Numbered from the stretch's first letter, positions 1-10,338 are shown. The stretch is 64,000 nt of DNA from a virus (IMGVR_UViG_3300010883_000007:40453-104452); one strand, 5' to 3'. Translations and numbers: made by a program. Notes: a model not told the origin generated them from the letters alone.

Positions 1-334
1 GACGAGGAGAGTGTACAGTTCCCGATACCATCTCGACGTTGTCTCTACTATTGATCTCTTTTACCTTAAGGGCCTCGCCGGTGATATCCTTAAAAGCCGC
101 TTTAACCTCTTTTAACTTGTCACCTAAAAGTTGCACAGACTCCTGTGTAACCCTATCTACCTGTAGTCTCAAACTTTGCTCCTCTGCGAAGTGGACAACA
201 GCTACAAACTTAAGGACGAGCATATCGCCGTTCATGCTGTGGGTTATCGAAGTTGCACCTGATGGGCTTCCTTCGCGACCGAATGTGTTTGTCAGAACAC
301 TTCCAATTGCTTCAACGTGTTTCGCGCTTAACAT
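1..334 (-). CDS. hypothetical protein, 3' end runs off window (MLSAKHVEAIGSVLTNTFGREG...)
   Basis: Not in the ORF track. ATG at 334 with GGAGG 5 nt upstream; frame stays open to the window edge; same strand as all neighbours. Confidence 0.75.
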   Translation of the reverse strand, partial: MLSAKHVEAIGSVLTNTFGREGSPSGATSITHSMNGDMLVLKFVAVVHFAEEQSLRLQVDRVTQESVQLLGDKLKEVKAAFKDITGEALKVKEINSRDNVEMVSGTVHSPR

Positions 335-352
335 AGTTGCCTCCGTTGCTAG

Positions 353-649
353 TCACTTTACTAAATATGACGGATGATCACTGAGATCTCGTCGTCGGTT
401 GATAATTTCTTTCTCAGAGGGTCGCCAGCCAGTATTCCATCGACCCATATTGGGCTGGACGAAGTGCAACTCACAGTCCCGGCAGCACTCAACCCTATAA
501 TATGCCCTTACGTCATCTGTATCTCTCAATGCTAACTCACACACAGGACAATCAAGGGGTACCCAATCGGTGTCTGCGTCGGCCTCGGCGATAAGAAACC
601 CCTGATCGTGAACTCTGGTCCTTGACTCACTCACAGATAACCACAGCAT
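353..649 (-). CDS. small zinc-finger-like protein
   Basis: CPVC...CCRDC motif. Start placed at ATG 649 (MLWLSV), overlapping the end of the Mre11-Rad50 gene; the ORF track extends it to 673. Confidence 0.65.
   Translation of the reverse strand: MLWLSVSESRTRVHDQGFLIAEADADTDWVPLDCPVCELALRDTDDVRAYYRVECCRDCELHFVQPNMGRWNTGWRPSEKEIINRRRDLSDHPSYLVK
362..368 (-). promoter_or_regulatory. candidate late-promoter heptamer ATATTTA
   Basis: ATANTTA motif 27 nt upstream of ATG 334, inside the last codons of the upstream gene. Confidence 0.25.
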
Positions 650-3600
650 TCTTCTCCCGCTGGGAGATCTCAATTATATTGTCTACAGCATCCTTCACAG
701 CATCAACATGTGATATTACCAGAATGTGCTTAAACCAGCGTCGGAGAGAATCGAGCAGTCGAGTACACGCCTCAATATTCATCTCATCTAGAGCACCAAA
801 TCCCTCGTCGATGATGAGGAGATCTGTCTTGGGGAGGGAGCTAACATTAATAAGGGCTACACGGATTGCGAGGGATGCCATCATCTTCTCCATACCACTG
901 GCACACTCAATAACTCTGCGTGAGTCGCCGTAATCAATGTAGATATCCATGTCGTTCGTTCCGGCTTCAGCCTCAAGTTCCACAGTGAAGCCCACAACGC
1001 CTTGGAGAATCTTTGAGATCTCCTTATTAATCGAGGGGAGCTGAGATGCCATTATCTGAAGGGGAATGCCCTTCTTGGAAACAGCCCCCAGGAGGAGCTC
1101 GTACATCTTCCACTGTTCAACCAACTCACTGTATTTCTCCTTGTCCTTCTTATGGAGGGCCATCTCCGCGTCGAGATGGCCGATGGATTCAGTGAGCTTA
1201 ATGCGTTGCGCGTCGAAGCCGTTAATCTTGTCGTTGATCGTATCCATTTCCTGCCGGGCTGCGCTGACCTTTTGGGCCTCAGTGGATGTAGAAACCCGGA
1301 GTCGCATGCCTTGGAGTTCTCTATCTGCAGCATCGATCAGATCCTGGAGAACTTTCTTTCGATTGTTCACCCTCGTCAAGTCAAGTCGCTGGTTGGAGAG
1401 TTTCAACACAAGATTGTTCTCACGGGTCAGAATCTTATCGTACCTCTCGATCTTCTCTGTAAGATTCTCCCTCGTTAAGACCTTCAGCGACTTTCTCGAT
1501 GCTTTGACCTTGTCCAGCGACTCTGTAACTAAACGATCCTGATTATCTAGCCGCTTCTTGTTCTCGTGGGATGACTTGATGAACTTACAGGTGGGAAATG
1601 TGTCACCACACGGAACTTCTTTAAGCAACTTAATAGATTTCTTCTGGGTCTTGAGAAGCGTCTTTTCTCTCTCGTGAGTGTGACTCAGTTCTACCAAAAC
1701 ACGCTCGAGATCCTGCTGTGCGTCGCGTCGCTGTCGAAGATCGTCAATTGGAAACTGATCCTTCACTGTACCAATCGATTTCAGAGTTGACTCAATTTCC
1801 CTAATCTTTCCTAGTGAGGTCTGGGATTTGTCTTCCATCCCGTCCAACTGTGTTCTAGAGACTACAAGTCCTGATTCCTTCTGACTCACGTCGTCCTCAG
1901 TCACTAAATCTTTGTTAGAATGTGTGGCAAGAGCAACTGTGATCTCCTGAAGCTGCTTTCGATGACGACTGATATTTTCCTCAATCTCACGACGTTCCTT
2001 CGCATTCTTTCGCTTGAGTGTGTGCTTCTCAGCTATAAGTGTATCCCAGTCTCTATCTGGGACGTTTCCCAGGATACTCTTTAGCTCAGAGGAGTCCTCC
2101 TTGGCAAGATTTAGAACATCATCAAATATATTGAGATCGAGAAATTTGGTGAGAATGGCCTTTCGCTGGGTTGCCTTGTGCCTGATGAAGTTATTCATCT
2201 CTCCCTGACTTGCTAGCGATGTCATTAGAAAGTCGTCGGCAGTTCCCACAATTTGTCTAAGGGTCTTTTCTGTCTCCCGCCTCTGAGCACCGTTCATGTC
2301 GACTATCTGGTTGTCTGCCTCATCGATCTCACTCAAGTTGAGGTGAGTCACTGCATTCTCGTCTCCTCGGCGGGAGGTCTTTCGAACAGACTGCCTCTCA
2401 ACGAGGTATCGCTTTCCGTTCGCGGTGAGAAAGACTCTTCCAAGACAGTATCCCTTTCGCATATTAATAATGTGAAGGTTCTTGACGGGCCCGCGGTCTG
2501 TAGTATTGAAGAGGGAATACATCATAGTGCCAGGTATAGATGACTTCCCAGCACGATTCTTGCCAAAGAGACCGAGAATCCCGCCCAGGGCATCAAAGTT
2601 AATGATATTTCCCTTGCCGTACGAGAAAGTATTATCAAACTCCATCCTCTGTACTGACCACTTGATGTTTCGAACAACATCTGTCTTGGATGCGGGCATC
2701 ACGTATTTAGCTATCAGCCCTTCCAGTCTTTCCCACTGCTCGTCTGAGATATCTATTTCTGAGTAATATTCCCTCATCAGGCGAACATGGGTGTTAACAT
2801 CTCGGAGATCCTCTGTGAAAAAGTCGCCGGCAGCGGTCTTGATTGTGGACACGTCAATAGTATGATCATGCTTAAAGACTATCTCTGTGGCATGCTTCTG
2901 ATTCTTGAGTGCACTGTGGAGGTGCTTTATCTCTGCCTGGGAGATCTGACTGTCTGTGCGAACCCTAAACCTTGATAGATTGGGATGTGCCATGGCGCGC
3001 GAGACTGTGTCTTTTACATTTCCCGCCCAATCGATCGTGACAAATGGGCACGAGTGAGGAATCTCGTAGAAGGTGCTGGTGAATGTATCCTTATCCTCAA
3101 TCTCCCAGAAGAGAAATCCCTTGCCTGGGTCCTCACCATAATTCTGCTGAATTGTCGATCCGGGATAGGCCACTCGCTTCTCATCGTCCAGATACTGCAG
3201 CTTGTGAATGTCGCCCAGGAAGGCAAAATCAAAGTCATCAAAGAATTCCAGGTCGACGTCACCCTCAATATCCCAATTAATATCGGTTGTTGATCCCTGA
3301 ACACCTCCGTGGAAGGTGGCTATATTAATCTCACCTGGGACTGGCTTCACGTCTGGCCATGTTTCCTCATCAAAACACGAGAAAACACACCAGTTATAGC
3401 CTGGAACACCAGTGGGATAAGCCCCGGAGGTCTTATAGAGGTGGAGATTGGGATTATCCAGAGCATTAATAATGGGTGATATCGCATCCTGTCGGTGCTT
3501 ATTCATTATCAGACCATCGTGGTTTCCCAAGATTATGTGGGTCGGAGCAATGTCCGCCATCTCTGAGAACCACCACGAGAGACAGTCTATTACCTCCGGC

Positions 3601-3770
3601 GAGATACCCTGTGTCTTGGAGTGAACAATGTCCCCTCCCACAAAGATGGCGTCCAGCTTCAGTTCCCTGAAGGTCTCGAACATCTGGCTGAAAGCCTCAC
3701 GATACTCATCATGTCTCGTGAGGCCTCTCCAGTGTATATCACTTAAATGGGCACACCTAAATGTCACCAT
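627..3770 (-). CDS. fused Mre11/SbcD nuclease - Rad50/SbcC ATPase (T4 gp47-gp46-like)
   Basis: N-terminal metallophosphoesterase motifs SDIH, GGD, GNHD, FHG, LGDIH, YPGS. Then Walker A GKNRAGKSS, long coiled coil, signature ASGMEK, Walker B IIDEGFGALD and H-loop ISH. Confidence 0.93.
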   Translation of the reverse strand: MVTFRCAHLSDIHWRGLTRHDEYREAFSQMFETFRELKLDAIFVGGDIVHSKTQGISPEVIDCLSWWFSEMADIAPTHIILGNHDGLIMNKHRQDAISPIINALDNPNLHLYKTSGAYPTGVPGYNWCVFSCFDEETWPDVKPVPGEINIATFHGGVQGSTTDINWDIEGDVDLEFFDDFDFAFLGDIHKLQYLDDEKRVAYPGSTIQQNYGEDPGKGFLFWEIEDKDTFTSTFYEIPHSCPFVTIDWAGNVKDTVSRAMAHPNLSRFRVRTDSQISQAEIKHLHSALKNQKHATEIVFKHDHTIDVSTIKTAAGDFFTEDLRDVNTHVRLMREYYSEIDISDEQWERLEGLIAKYVMPASKTDVVRNIKWSVQRMEFDNTFSYGKGNIINFDALGGILGLFGKNRAGKSSIPGTMMYSLFNTTDRGPVKNLHIINMRKGYCLGRVFLTANGKRYLVERQSVRKTSRRGDENAVTHLNLSEIDEADNQIVDMNGAQRRETEKTLRQIVGTADDFLMTSLASQGEMNNFIRHKATQRKAILTKFLDLNIFDDVLNLAKEDSSELKSILGNVPDRDWDTLIAEKHTLKRKNAKERREIEENISRHRKQLQEITVALATHSNKDLVTEDDVSQKESGLVVSRTQLDGMEDKSQTSLGKIREIESTLKSIGTVKDQFPIDDLRQRRDAQQDLERVLVELSHTHEREKTLLKTQKKSIKLLKEVPCGDTFPTCKFIKSSHENKKRLDNQDRLVTESLDKVKASRKSLKVLTRENLTEKIERYDKILTRENNLVLKLSNQRLDLTRVNNRKKVLQDLIDAADRELQGMRLRVSTSTEAQKVSAARQEMDTINDKINGFDAQRIKLTESIGHLDAEMALHKKDKEKYSELVEQWKMYELLLGAVSKKGIPLQIMASQLPSINKEISKILQGVVGFTVELEAEAGTNDMDIYIDYGDSRRVIECASGMEKMMASLAIRVALINVSSLPKTDLLIIDEGFGALDEMNIEACTRLLDSLRRWFKHILVISHVDAVKDAVDNIIEISQREKNAVVICE

Positions 3771-3775
3771 AACTC

Positions 3776-4744
3776 CTAAATAATTGAACCAGTTTTGATC
3801 CCATCAATAATCTCACACAGTCGGTGTGACGACTGCCACAACACTGCTTCCTGTCTTATCTTACTAAACTGAGCGCGGGAGAGATCCCCCACATCCAGCG
3901 CAGGGGGAAGGGCAGCTAGACGAACCCTAATCCCATATGACGATAGGACCCGGGCTAAATTGTGGGCCTTAAGTCTCGCATCAGTGTCGAGGGCTAACAC
4001 AATAGGTGTCTGATTTCTAATAATCTTTCGAAAGAGATTAGAGTCCTCCGCGAGATACGATCCCAGGAGACACGTCGCGTTGTCGTCACACTTCACCAGG
4101 TCGAGTGGTCCCTCGACAACTGTGAGCTCTTTATCCCACCTAATATTGAGCTCATTGAAGATCACCTGCTTCTTTGGGACCTTCGCATTGAGATACTTCA
4201 TGTGGGTGGTATCGTCAATTGATCGCGCTGCGTAGTAATTTAGATTCCCTTCAGCATCGAAAGATGGTATAATAGCTCTGCGCCTGAATCTTCCTTTCGT
4301 TGTTGTGCCCACCTTGTAGTACCACAAATCCCGAATGCTCATGCCGCGGCCGCGGATGTATCGGACTGTTTCCTTCACATCCGGATCTCGGCTGCTCAAG
4401 GAGTTGGCTAGAAGCACAAACCCCTGTGGGATCTCAATATCAGGCTCCTCATCCTCGATGGGGCCCACGGTTGATCGACCTCTGTCGCTCCAACCAAAAT
4501 CCTTGAGCTCCTCAACATGACTGGGTGCATACTTTCGAAAGAGGCTCGCAACCTTTCGTCCTTTAAGACCACAGACCCAACAGTGGTAACGACCATCGTC
4601 CAGCCTCACCACGAGTTTTCGCTTACTGGAACGTGCATCAGCACAATTGGGACACTTGACGGCCACATTGACCTGATCCCTGCTGATCTCCACACTACCA
4701 AAGGCACGCCGTAAGAGCGCAGCCTTACTCGAAAACAAATTCAT
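3776..4744 (-). CDS. DNA primase (Zn-finger + TOPRIM)
   Basis: CPNC...HCWVC zinc ribbon, RAIIP, KYLN, TOPRIM VVEGPLD and DTD. Confidence 0.88.
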   Translation of the reverse strand: MNLFSSKAALLRRAFGSVEISRDQVNVAVKCPNCADARSSKRKLVVRLDDGRYHCWVCGLKGRKVASLFRKYAPSHVEELKDFGWSDRGRSTVGPIEDEEPDIEIPQGFVLLANSLSSRDPDVKETVRYIRGRGMSIRDLWYYKVGTTTKGRFRRRAIIPSFDAEGNLNYYAARSIDDTTHMKYLNAKVPKKQVIFNELNIRWDKELTVVEGPLDLVKCDDNATCLLGSYLAEDSNLFRKIIRNQTPIVLALDTDARLKAHNLARVLSSYGIRVRLAALPPALDVGDLSRAQFSKIRQEAVLWQSSHRLCEIIDGIKTGSII

Positions 4745-4751
4745 CAGTAGA

Positions 4752-4781
4752 AGTATACTATGTCTATGTATTGTTGTTCAA
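4752..4781 (-). promoter_or_regulatory. sigma70-type promoter candidate for primase (probably leaderless)
   Basis: TTGAAC-18 nt-TATACT, then only 7 nt to the ATG at 4744. Confidence 0.5.
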
Positions 4782-5336
4782 CACGCCTGCAAAAGCCACA
4801 ACATACGCGTCTGCCATATCATAACACCCGGGCTCCAGAATCTCCTGGCCTCGTCTAGGGCCGCTCTTAAGCACTTTGAGCGGCCACTGATAATCATCAT
4901 CGAGACGATTGGAGACCCAGTCCAGGACCTGCTGCTTGGTTGTTTTCCCACAGACTGCTTCCTTCTGCAGACGGAGACCCACACTCTTTCTTGCAGAGTT
5001 CACATTAAGAAACTCAGGTCTTATCTTAAACGTCGATTCGCTCAAGTATGAGACCACACCGTTAAATCTGGCCAAGGAAGCTAAGGTCTTGGCAGATGAA
5101 AAACCCCTTCGAAAACGCTGTAGATTCTCCTCAACGAACACCCGTTCTACAGGATGTTGGCATTGCAACTCCTGGAGTACGTCTAGAACCCGCTGGGCCT
5201 TGCTGAAGGTATCTTTCCAACCACTTAGGTGTATACACCCCATTTCAACCTTAGATACGCTCTGGTGTTCATCTGTGTATAGAACACACCAGCCAGTCTT
5301 AGAGGTAGAAATATCCAGTCCCAAACAGCATAACAT
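4764..5336 (-). CDS. ruvC: RuvC-like Holliday junction resolvase
   Basis: LGLDISTSKTGW, VFVEE, K..V, DMADAYVVA. ATG overlaps the upstream TGA (TGATG). Confidence 0.8.
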   Translation of the reverse strand: MLCCLGLDISTSKTGWCVLYTDEHQSVSKVEMGCIHLSGWKDTFSKAQRVLDVLQELQCQHPVERVFVEENLQRFRRGFSSAKTLASLARFNGVVSYLSESTFKIRPEFLNVNSARKSVGLRLQKEAVCGKTTKQQVLDWVSNRLDDDYQWPLKVLKSGPRRGQEILEPGCYDMADAYVVAFAGVLNNNT

Positions 5337-8300
5337 CAATAATCGATCCTCAACCTAAAGAGATAACCATCTGAGTCCCTCTTCACAATGGGTTGGGCCA
5401 AGTTGGCCCTCCCTATTATATTAAAACTCTCATCGTGAAGATTTACACTTGTAATGTAATTAAATTGGGACGCTGTCTCATTGGCATAGTCTGTGGGCTT
5501 AAGCGCTTTAAACGTCGGATTGGAGGAGGAATTGACAGATCCCTTGGGACAGGGCACGTTTATCTCCAGAACGTGCACGTTGTGCTCGCCTTCGAAACTG
5601 GTCGTCCACTCATCAGCTCCGAAGATGGGGATGTTCGGTGTCTTCACAACAACAATACCCTCCTCGTAGATGATATTGCCCACAGCGTTCCACGTGGCGT
5701 GCTTCGATAGGGAATCTGCCCGATAGAGGCCTCCGTGTCCGTCATCCCTGAGGGTCACTGCTAAAACACCCCCAGATCCGGTTACACTAGTGTCAGTTAC
5801 CTGAAACGATCCGCGCCTAATCTGATTCCCATAAAAGAGGTTCGACACATCAAAGAATGCCACCTGATTTGAGGAGGGATCCTTCGTCCTATTCAGGATC
5901 GTCAGGATACCAGAGTTGGCTACCCCCGGATCCTCGGGTGGAGCACCCTCCAGCGAATTGGAAATGGAAACGTCGGTGTTATCCTTTCCTCCCGTGAATG
6001 CGGTCACTGTCCTATACAGGTTTGTGAGGTTGTGAGCTATAGCAGTATTCCCTATAGTCCCCACTGCCCGCTGATTGAGGGTTACCACTCCGGCGTAATC
6101 ATCGGTGTCGGTGGCATCTCTGCTGGCCAGGATTAGTCCTGCGTGTCCGGTGGATCCGTTGACAGCAGATACAAAATTGTCGTAAACAGTATCAGCATCA
6201 GAGCTGTTGGCATTGACTAACACCTTACCCCCCTGGACATCACCGGTGACAGACTCGACCTCGTACACGAACCGATAGACCTTCGTCACTCTGTCATATG
6301 TGTTTGTCACCGCGTTCTTTCGTAATCCCGTTAGACGTATAGTTGCCTGATCAGCTGTCTTGGTTGGTGTGTAGATAATCTCTGCAGAGGCAGCCTGAGT
6401 TCCTATTCCCTGCCTTCCGCGGTTCTCGCTGGTGATATCGATTAACCCCTCCGGCAGGGATGCAGTGCTTACCATGTTCGAGAGGTTGATGAGACCGTAG
6501 TCAACATTTCCAGCGTCATTGACAAATCGATCGATCAGTGAACCGGATACCGGAACTTCGGCCCGGGTGCCGGACTTGAGAAGACCGAATGATGGACTGA
6601 ACCTTCCGTTGTCACACGGAAGGACTGTGAGATTTCTCTTTCTCAGGGAAGCATTTCGGTAGAGCCACAGGTTACACAGCTCAGCCGTGTTGGTGGTCAC
6701 ATCAATTGTCGATCCTGTTAGATTGAAGAGACGGGGATAAAGACCGTTAACAAACTCTCGGGTGAAGTTTGGAAGGTTCAACATGTGACCGCCGACGCCG
6801 AATGACAGGGCAACGTTGAAGGGGTCATCTGTGGTTGATCGAACTGTCTGGAACGGCGTCTGCATCACCTCCCGCTCCTTGGTCTCCTTCACAAAGAAAG
6901 GGGGCACGTAGAAGATCAGGTCAGTCGGAAGGGGATCAGGGCCCGACTGGGCAGACAGGGCAATCTGTTGCAGAGAGTGGTAGGTATTGAATATCTTGAG
7001 ATCGTGGATCTCAGCCCTCAACGGGTGCGAGAACCTCACCTTGTGTTCTGCTATATCATTGTGTGTGGCATCCACATTGGACATGTCGTACGAGTCATTC
7101 GTGAACATGCTGGTAACGCCCTCACGGTGGGCAGCATTAGCGTTGAAGAACTGTGCCACAACTCCCGAGCCATCCAGGGTACCATTGTTGGGACCGTCGT
7201 AGAAATTACCCACAAAGACAGCGTCCGGATCACCAATCGGAGGTTCGAAAGCCTGGGGCATCACTGAAGCTGATGGTATTAAAAATGTCGCATCCTCCTT
7301 GCCGTCAATCACGAACGATCCCGTGCCGCTATTGACTGAGGCTCCCCACCGAATGGCGACATGATGCCAGTGATTCCTCATGAGCGCGTTGTCCTTCGAG
7401 AAGAACACAAGGTCGCTGGGAACTTCCTGGGTGCTACTGCCGAGAGTTGGAAAGGGCTGGCTCACATTATTAGACGTGACCGCAGTGTTCCTGGGGGATG
7501 TCTCAGCGCTGTTGCTTAGCTGCAACATTATCCTGAATCCATCAGTCTTGCCGTTAATATCCTTCGACGAGCCCGAAATCAGGCTCACTGCGTACGAGGA
7601 AGACATGTGAATGATCGTGCCCGGATGATACACTGTTCTTCCAGGCTCAGTGCCACCGGTAAATGTAGACGGAACGTTAACACTAGTACTTGCGTTCCAT
7701 GCCGCGGCGTTGTCTAGGGTAATTGCAGTATTACCCGCACTTGTTTTGACAGCACCTTGTGTGAGTAAGACTACTCCCGCAGAGGGATTTGTAGCTACTA
7801 TATCCAGGGATGATTGTGCATTAATCTTTGCAGCAAGATCTGCAGCAGTTCCCGTACCGCCGCCGCCGGCGGCAGCAATTCCACTTACAGCAATATCTCC
7901 GAGTCCCCCAGTGAAAGTTGAGGGGACATTTACACTGCACACGCTGTTCCAGTGAGCAGCGTCATTTACAGTGATTGTAGTATTACCACTTCTACCAGTA
8001 GTTGAACCTTGGGTAATGGTTATTGCAGCAGTAGATGCTGATGCTGTCATATCTAGCGCAGACTGAGCATTAATCTTTGCAGCAAGATCTGCAGCGGTTC
8101 CTGTGGCGCCGCCACCTGCAGCATAGATTCCGTTGAGTGCAATATTGCCTGCAGAGACACCGTTGTTCTCGTTATCAACTTCAAACGTAACTGAGGTTCC
8201 ATCACCATCAATCAAATTGATTGTACTGCCTTCGTTAGGTTTGTCAGTTAGCGTAAAGGTGGCTGCTGGTGGTTTAAGACCATTATTCTCGTTGTCTATT

Positions 8301-9019
8301 TCAAAAGCAACCGAAGTTCCATCGCTGTCTAGCAAGGTGACAGTGGACTCTTCAGTAGGCTTATCTGAGAACGTGAATGTTGCGGTAGAAGAGAATTTCG
8401 AGTCGTTCGGTTCAGACGAATACTTCGGATTGATATAGAAATCGAACGTGAACTCCTTGTGGGGTGAGTACATGAAGTTGTCGACCTCATTGGTCTCCCC
8501 GGAAGAAGTGGCTGCCGGGTATATCATCACAGATCCCGTGGGAGTTGTGTCGGACGTGAAGAAGTGCAGGGTGTGGTAGTTGGGATACGCCCACTGCAAG
8601 CTTGGGTACGTGCTCCGGTACGTGGGAAAGAGGACCTTCCTCACAACATTCTTACGAAGAGTGTTGCTGGTCAACTTGAAGGAGGGCTCGAATCGAATGA
8701 CTTCCACCTTCTTCTGGCGTGCGGGTGAGGCGGAGGAGGAGTTGACTGTCTCTAGATACTGACTTAGATTACCAGAAATATCAGATGAGCCTCGGGAATC
8801 CCTTACTGTCTGGACCCTCAGTTCCTCAATATCAGCTGTTCCCCAGCTATCACCACCGTAGTCCTCGAGGGGTTGTGCCTCCTTCTCAATAGTCGAGGCA
8901 CGAGAGAAGACTTTAACTGACCCTGTCAGTCCTGAGGAAGATGATGTGAATGTCCGGCGGGGGTTGGTTGTGAGAGTAAATCGTTCAAGATTCTCTATTG
9001 GTATTGGTATAATTGCCAT
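5336..9019 (-). CDS. 1227-aa virion baseplate/fibre protein with LamG-like domain, three insertion modules and collar-like C-terminal domain
   Basis: FTFDFYINP...WHHVAIRW...FVIDG...EIHDLKIF (LamG-like). C-terminus YITSVNLHD..NIIGRANLAQPIVKR..FRLRIDY is paralogous to 9058-10338. Confidence 0.7.
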   Translation of the reverse strand: MAIIPIPIENLERFTLTTNPRRTFTSSSSGLTGSVKVFSRASTIEKEAQPLEDYGGDSWGTADIEELRVQTVRDSRGSSDISGNLSQYLETVNSSSASPARQKKVEVIRFEPSFKLTSNTLRKNVVRKVLFPTYRSTYPSLQWAYPNYHTLHFFTSDTTPTGSVMIYPAATSSGETNEVDNFMYSPHKEFTFDFYINPKYSSEPNDSKFSSTATFTFSDKPTEESTVTLLDSDGTSVAFEIDNENNGLKPPAATFTLTDKPNEGSTINLIDGDGTSVTFEVDNENNGVSAGNIALNGIYAAGGGATGTAADLAAKINAQSALDMTASASTAAITITQGSTTGRSGNTTITVNDAAHWNSVCSVNVPSTFTGGLGDIAVSGIAAAGGGGTGTAADLAAKINAQSSLDIVATNPSAGVVLLTQGAVKTSAGNTAITLDNAAAWNASTSVNVPSTFTGGTEPGRTVYHPGTIIHMSSSYAVSLISGSSKDINGKTDGFRIMLQLSNSAETSPRNTAVTSNNVSQPFPTLGSSTQEVPSDLVFFSKDNALMRNHWHHVAIRWGASVNSGTGSFVIDGKEDATFLIPSASVMPQAFEPPIGDPDAVFVGNFYDGPNNGTLDGSGVVAQFFNANAAHREGVTSMFTNDSYDMSNVDATHNDIAEHKVRFSHPLRAEIHDLKIFNTYHSLQQIALSAQSGPDPLPTDLIFYVPPFFVKETKEREVMQTPFQTVRSTTDDPFNVALSFGVGGHMLNLPNFTREFVNGLYPRLFNLTGSTIDVTTNTAELCNLWLYRNASLRKRNLTVLPCDNGRFSPSFGLLKSGTRAEVPVSGSLIDRFVNDAGNVDYGLINLSNMVSTASLPEGLIDITSENRGRQGIGTQAASAEIIYTPTKTADQATIRLTGLRKNAVTNTYDRVTKVYRFVYEVESVTGDVQGGKVLVNANSSDADTVYDNFVSAVNGSTGHAGLILASRDATDTDDYAGVVTLNQRAVGTIGNTAIAHNLTNLYRTVTAFTGGKDNTDVSISNSLEGAPPEDPGVANSGILTILNRTKDPSSNQVAFFDVSNLFYGNQIRRGSFQVTDTSVTGSGGVLAVTLRDDGHGGLYRADSLSKHATWNAVGNIIYEEGIVVVKTPNIPIFGADEWTTSFEGEHNVHVLEINVPCPKGSVNSSSNPTFKALKPTDYANETASQFNYITSVNLHDESFNIIGRANLAQPIVKRDSDGYLFRLRIDY
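5987..6394 (-). repeat. insertion-module copy (single)
   Basis: AASAEIIY...KVYRF...AVNGSTGHAGLI...VTLNQRAVGTIGNTAI...AFTGG. Confidence 0.7.
7652..8390 (-). repeat. insertion module with a second complete copy nested inside (inner 7904-8266)
   Basis: Outer N-half ATFTFSDKP...FEIDNENNG; inner complete copy AATFTLTDKP...STFTGG; outer C-half ...AADLAAKINAQ...STFTGG. 29-nt identity at 7818-7846 and 8067-8095. Confidence 0.85.
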
Positions 9020-9057
9020 TTAACGCCGTCATCTTGAAACTTCGGTTAACCGATTCA

Positions 9058-10338
9058 CTAAAAGTCCAAACGAACCCGGAAGGTGAGATCCCGCTCATCG
9101 TTCTTCTCAATAGGTCTAGAGAGTTTTGCAACTGCCAGTAAATTGCCGAACTCATCATGGAGGCCAATCGTTGTTGGGAAGGAGAACGATCTCTGTGTGT
9201 CCTGTCCCTGGTCGATCACTCGAACGCGACCGGATGAATTTGTGTACGTTGGGTTCGTAGAGAAGTTGAACTCATCTGCGGTCGCCCTGCAGAAGACCAG
9301 CGTTGAATTAATCATTGTGATATTCTGGAAGGTCATCGCTGTCAGGGTTCCCGAGGAGAATCGGGTGGTTGAGAGGTGGTTGATAATATCATCGATTGAC
9401 GCTGACACAACAAAATCTGGGATGTACTTCGCATTAGGATTACCCGAGAAGATTGACTTTGTAGCGTCAGCAACATTCTCAAAGCCGTGGCCTATTACCA
9501 TCGTTCCGGTGGCTAGAAGTCCGTCAGGTGAATACTGATTCATTGCCTTAATGACTCCGGAGACGTGCTGGGTACCCGATATCACCTTTGCGAGGTCGAG
9601 AAGCACTGTTCCATGATCGTAAAAGATCAGGCCGACTCGTCGGGCTGTGTTGGATGCGGCGACAATGTTCGCGACGTCGCCGCCGAATACTCGTCGAGTG
9701 TTGGTTGCAGCTCCAATGTCTGTAAAGATCACTGACCCCGACTCGCTGGTGATGTTCAGTGTAGGCCGAGGTGGGTGGTTGCCCGTCTCAGTGGCAGTCA
9801 TCGTTCCTGTCTGATAGAAACGCATCGCAAAGGTCTCTTTCTTGATCTTGTCCCTTGCAAATAGGCGTTTGAAGGAGACAAACATGGCCTCGTCGATCCG
9901 ATCACCCACGTCTGTGGACCCAACTGGCGAATAGAAGGCTGAATCTCCATTACCCAAGAGTGCCTGAGCGTACTGCTTGTATATATCCACCTTCTCTCTC
10001 ATCATTACTGAGCTCGATGCGAACAGAAGTTTTCCTGCGGAGTCTTGCCCTGTGGAAGCATTAGTTACTGTTGTTCCGGATGCATGGAGCCCCACAGTCA
10101 GGTCGAAGATTGGGTTGGCAGTTTGTAGCGAGAAGTCCTGATCATTTACTGTCTGGAACAGCGAAGAGGTTACTCCTGGGCCCACGCCTCCTGTAACAAA
10201 GACTTGGTACGCGCGGCGCGTCTGTGATCCAGATATGTCCTCTTGAATAATATCGACAAGCTGATTCAGCGTTGAGCGTCGGACCTTGATGTCCTCAGGT
10301 TGTATTCTCTTAAAGCTTCCACCTGTTAATTGTGGCAT
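9058..10338 (-). CDS. virion baseplate/collar-like structural protein
   Basis: C-terminus FCRATADEFNFSTNPT...TTIGLHDEFGNLLAVAKLSRPIEK...FRVRLDF resembles the C-half of tail-collar (DUF3751-like) domains; structural-module context. Confidence 0.6.
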   Translation of the reverse strand: MPQLTGGSFKRIQPEDIKVRRSTLNQLVDIIQEDISGSQTRRAYQVFVTGGVGPGVTSSLFQTVNDQDFSLQTANPIFDLTVGLHASGTTVTNASTGQDSAGKLLFASSSVMMREKVDIYKQYAQALLGNGDSAFYSPVGSTDVGDRIDEAMFVSFKRLFARDKIKKETFAMRFYQTGTMTATETGNHPPRPTLNITSESGSVIFTDIGAATNTRRVFGGDVANIVAASNTARRVGLIFYDHGTVLLDLAKVISGTQHVSGVIKAMNQYSPDGLLATGTMVIGHGFENVADATKSIFSGNPNAKYIPDFVVSASIDDIINHLSTTRFSSGTLTAMTFQNITMINSTLVFCRATADEFNFSTNPTYTNSSGRVRVIDQGQDTQRSFSFPTTIGLHDEFGNLLAVAKLSRPIEKNDERDLTFRVRLDF

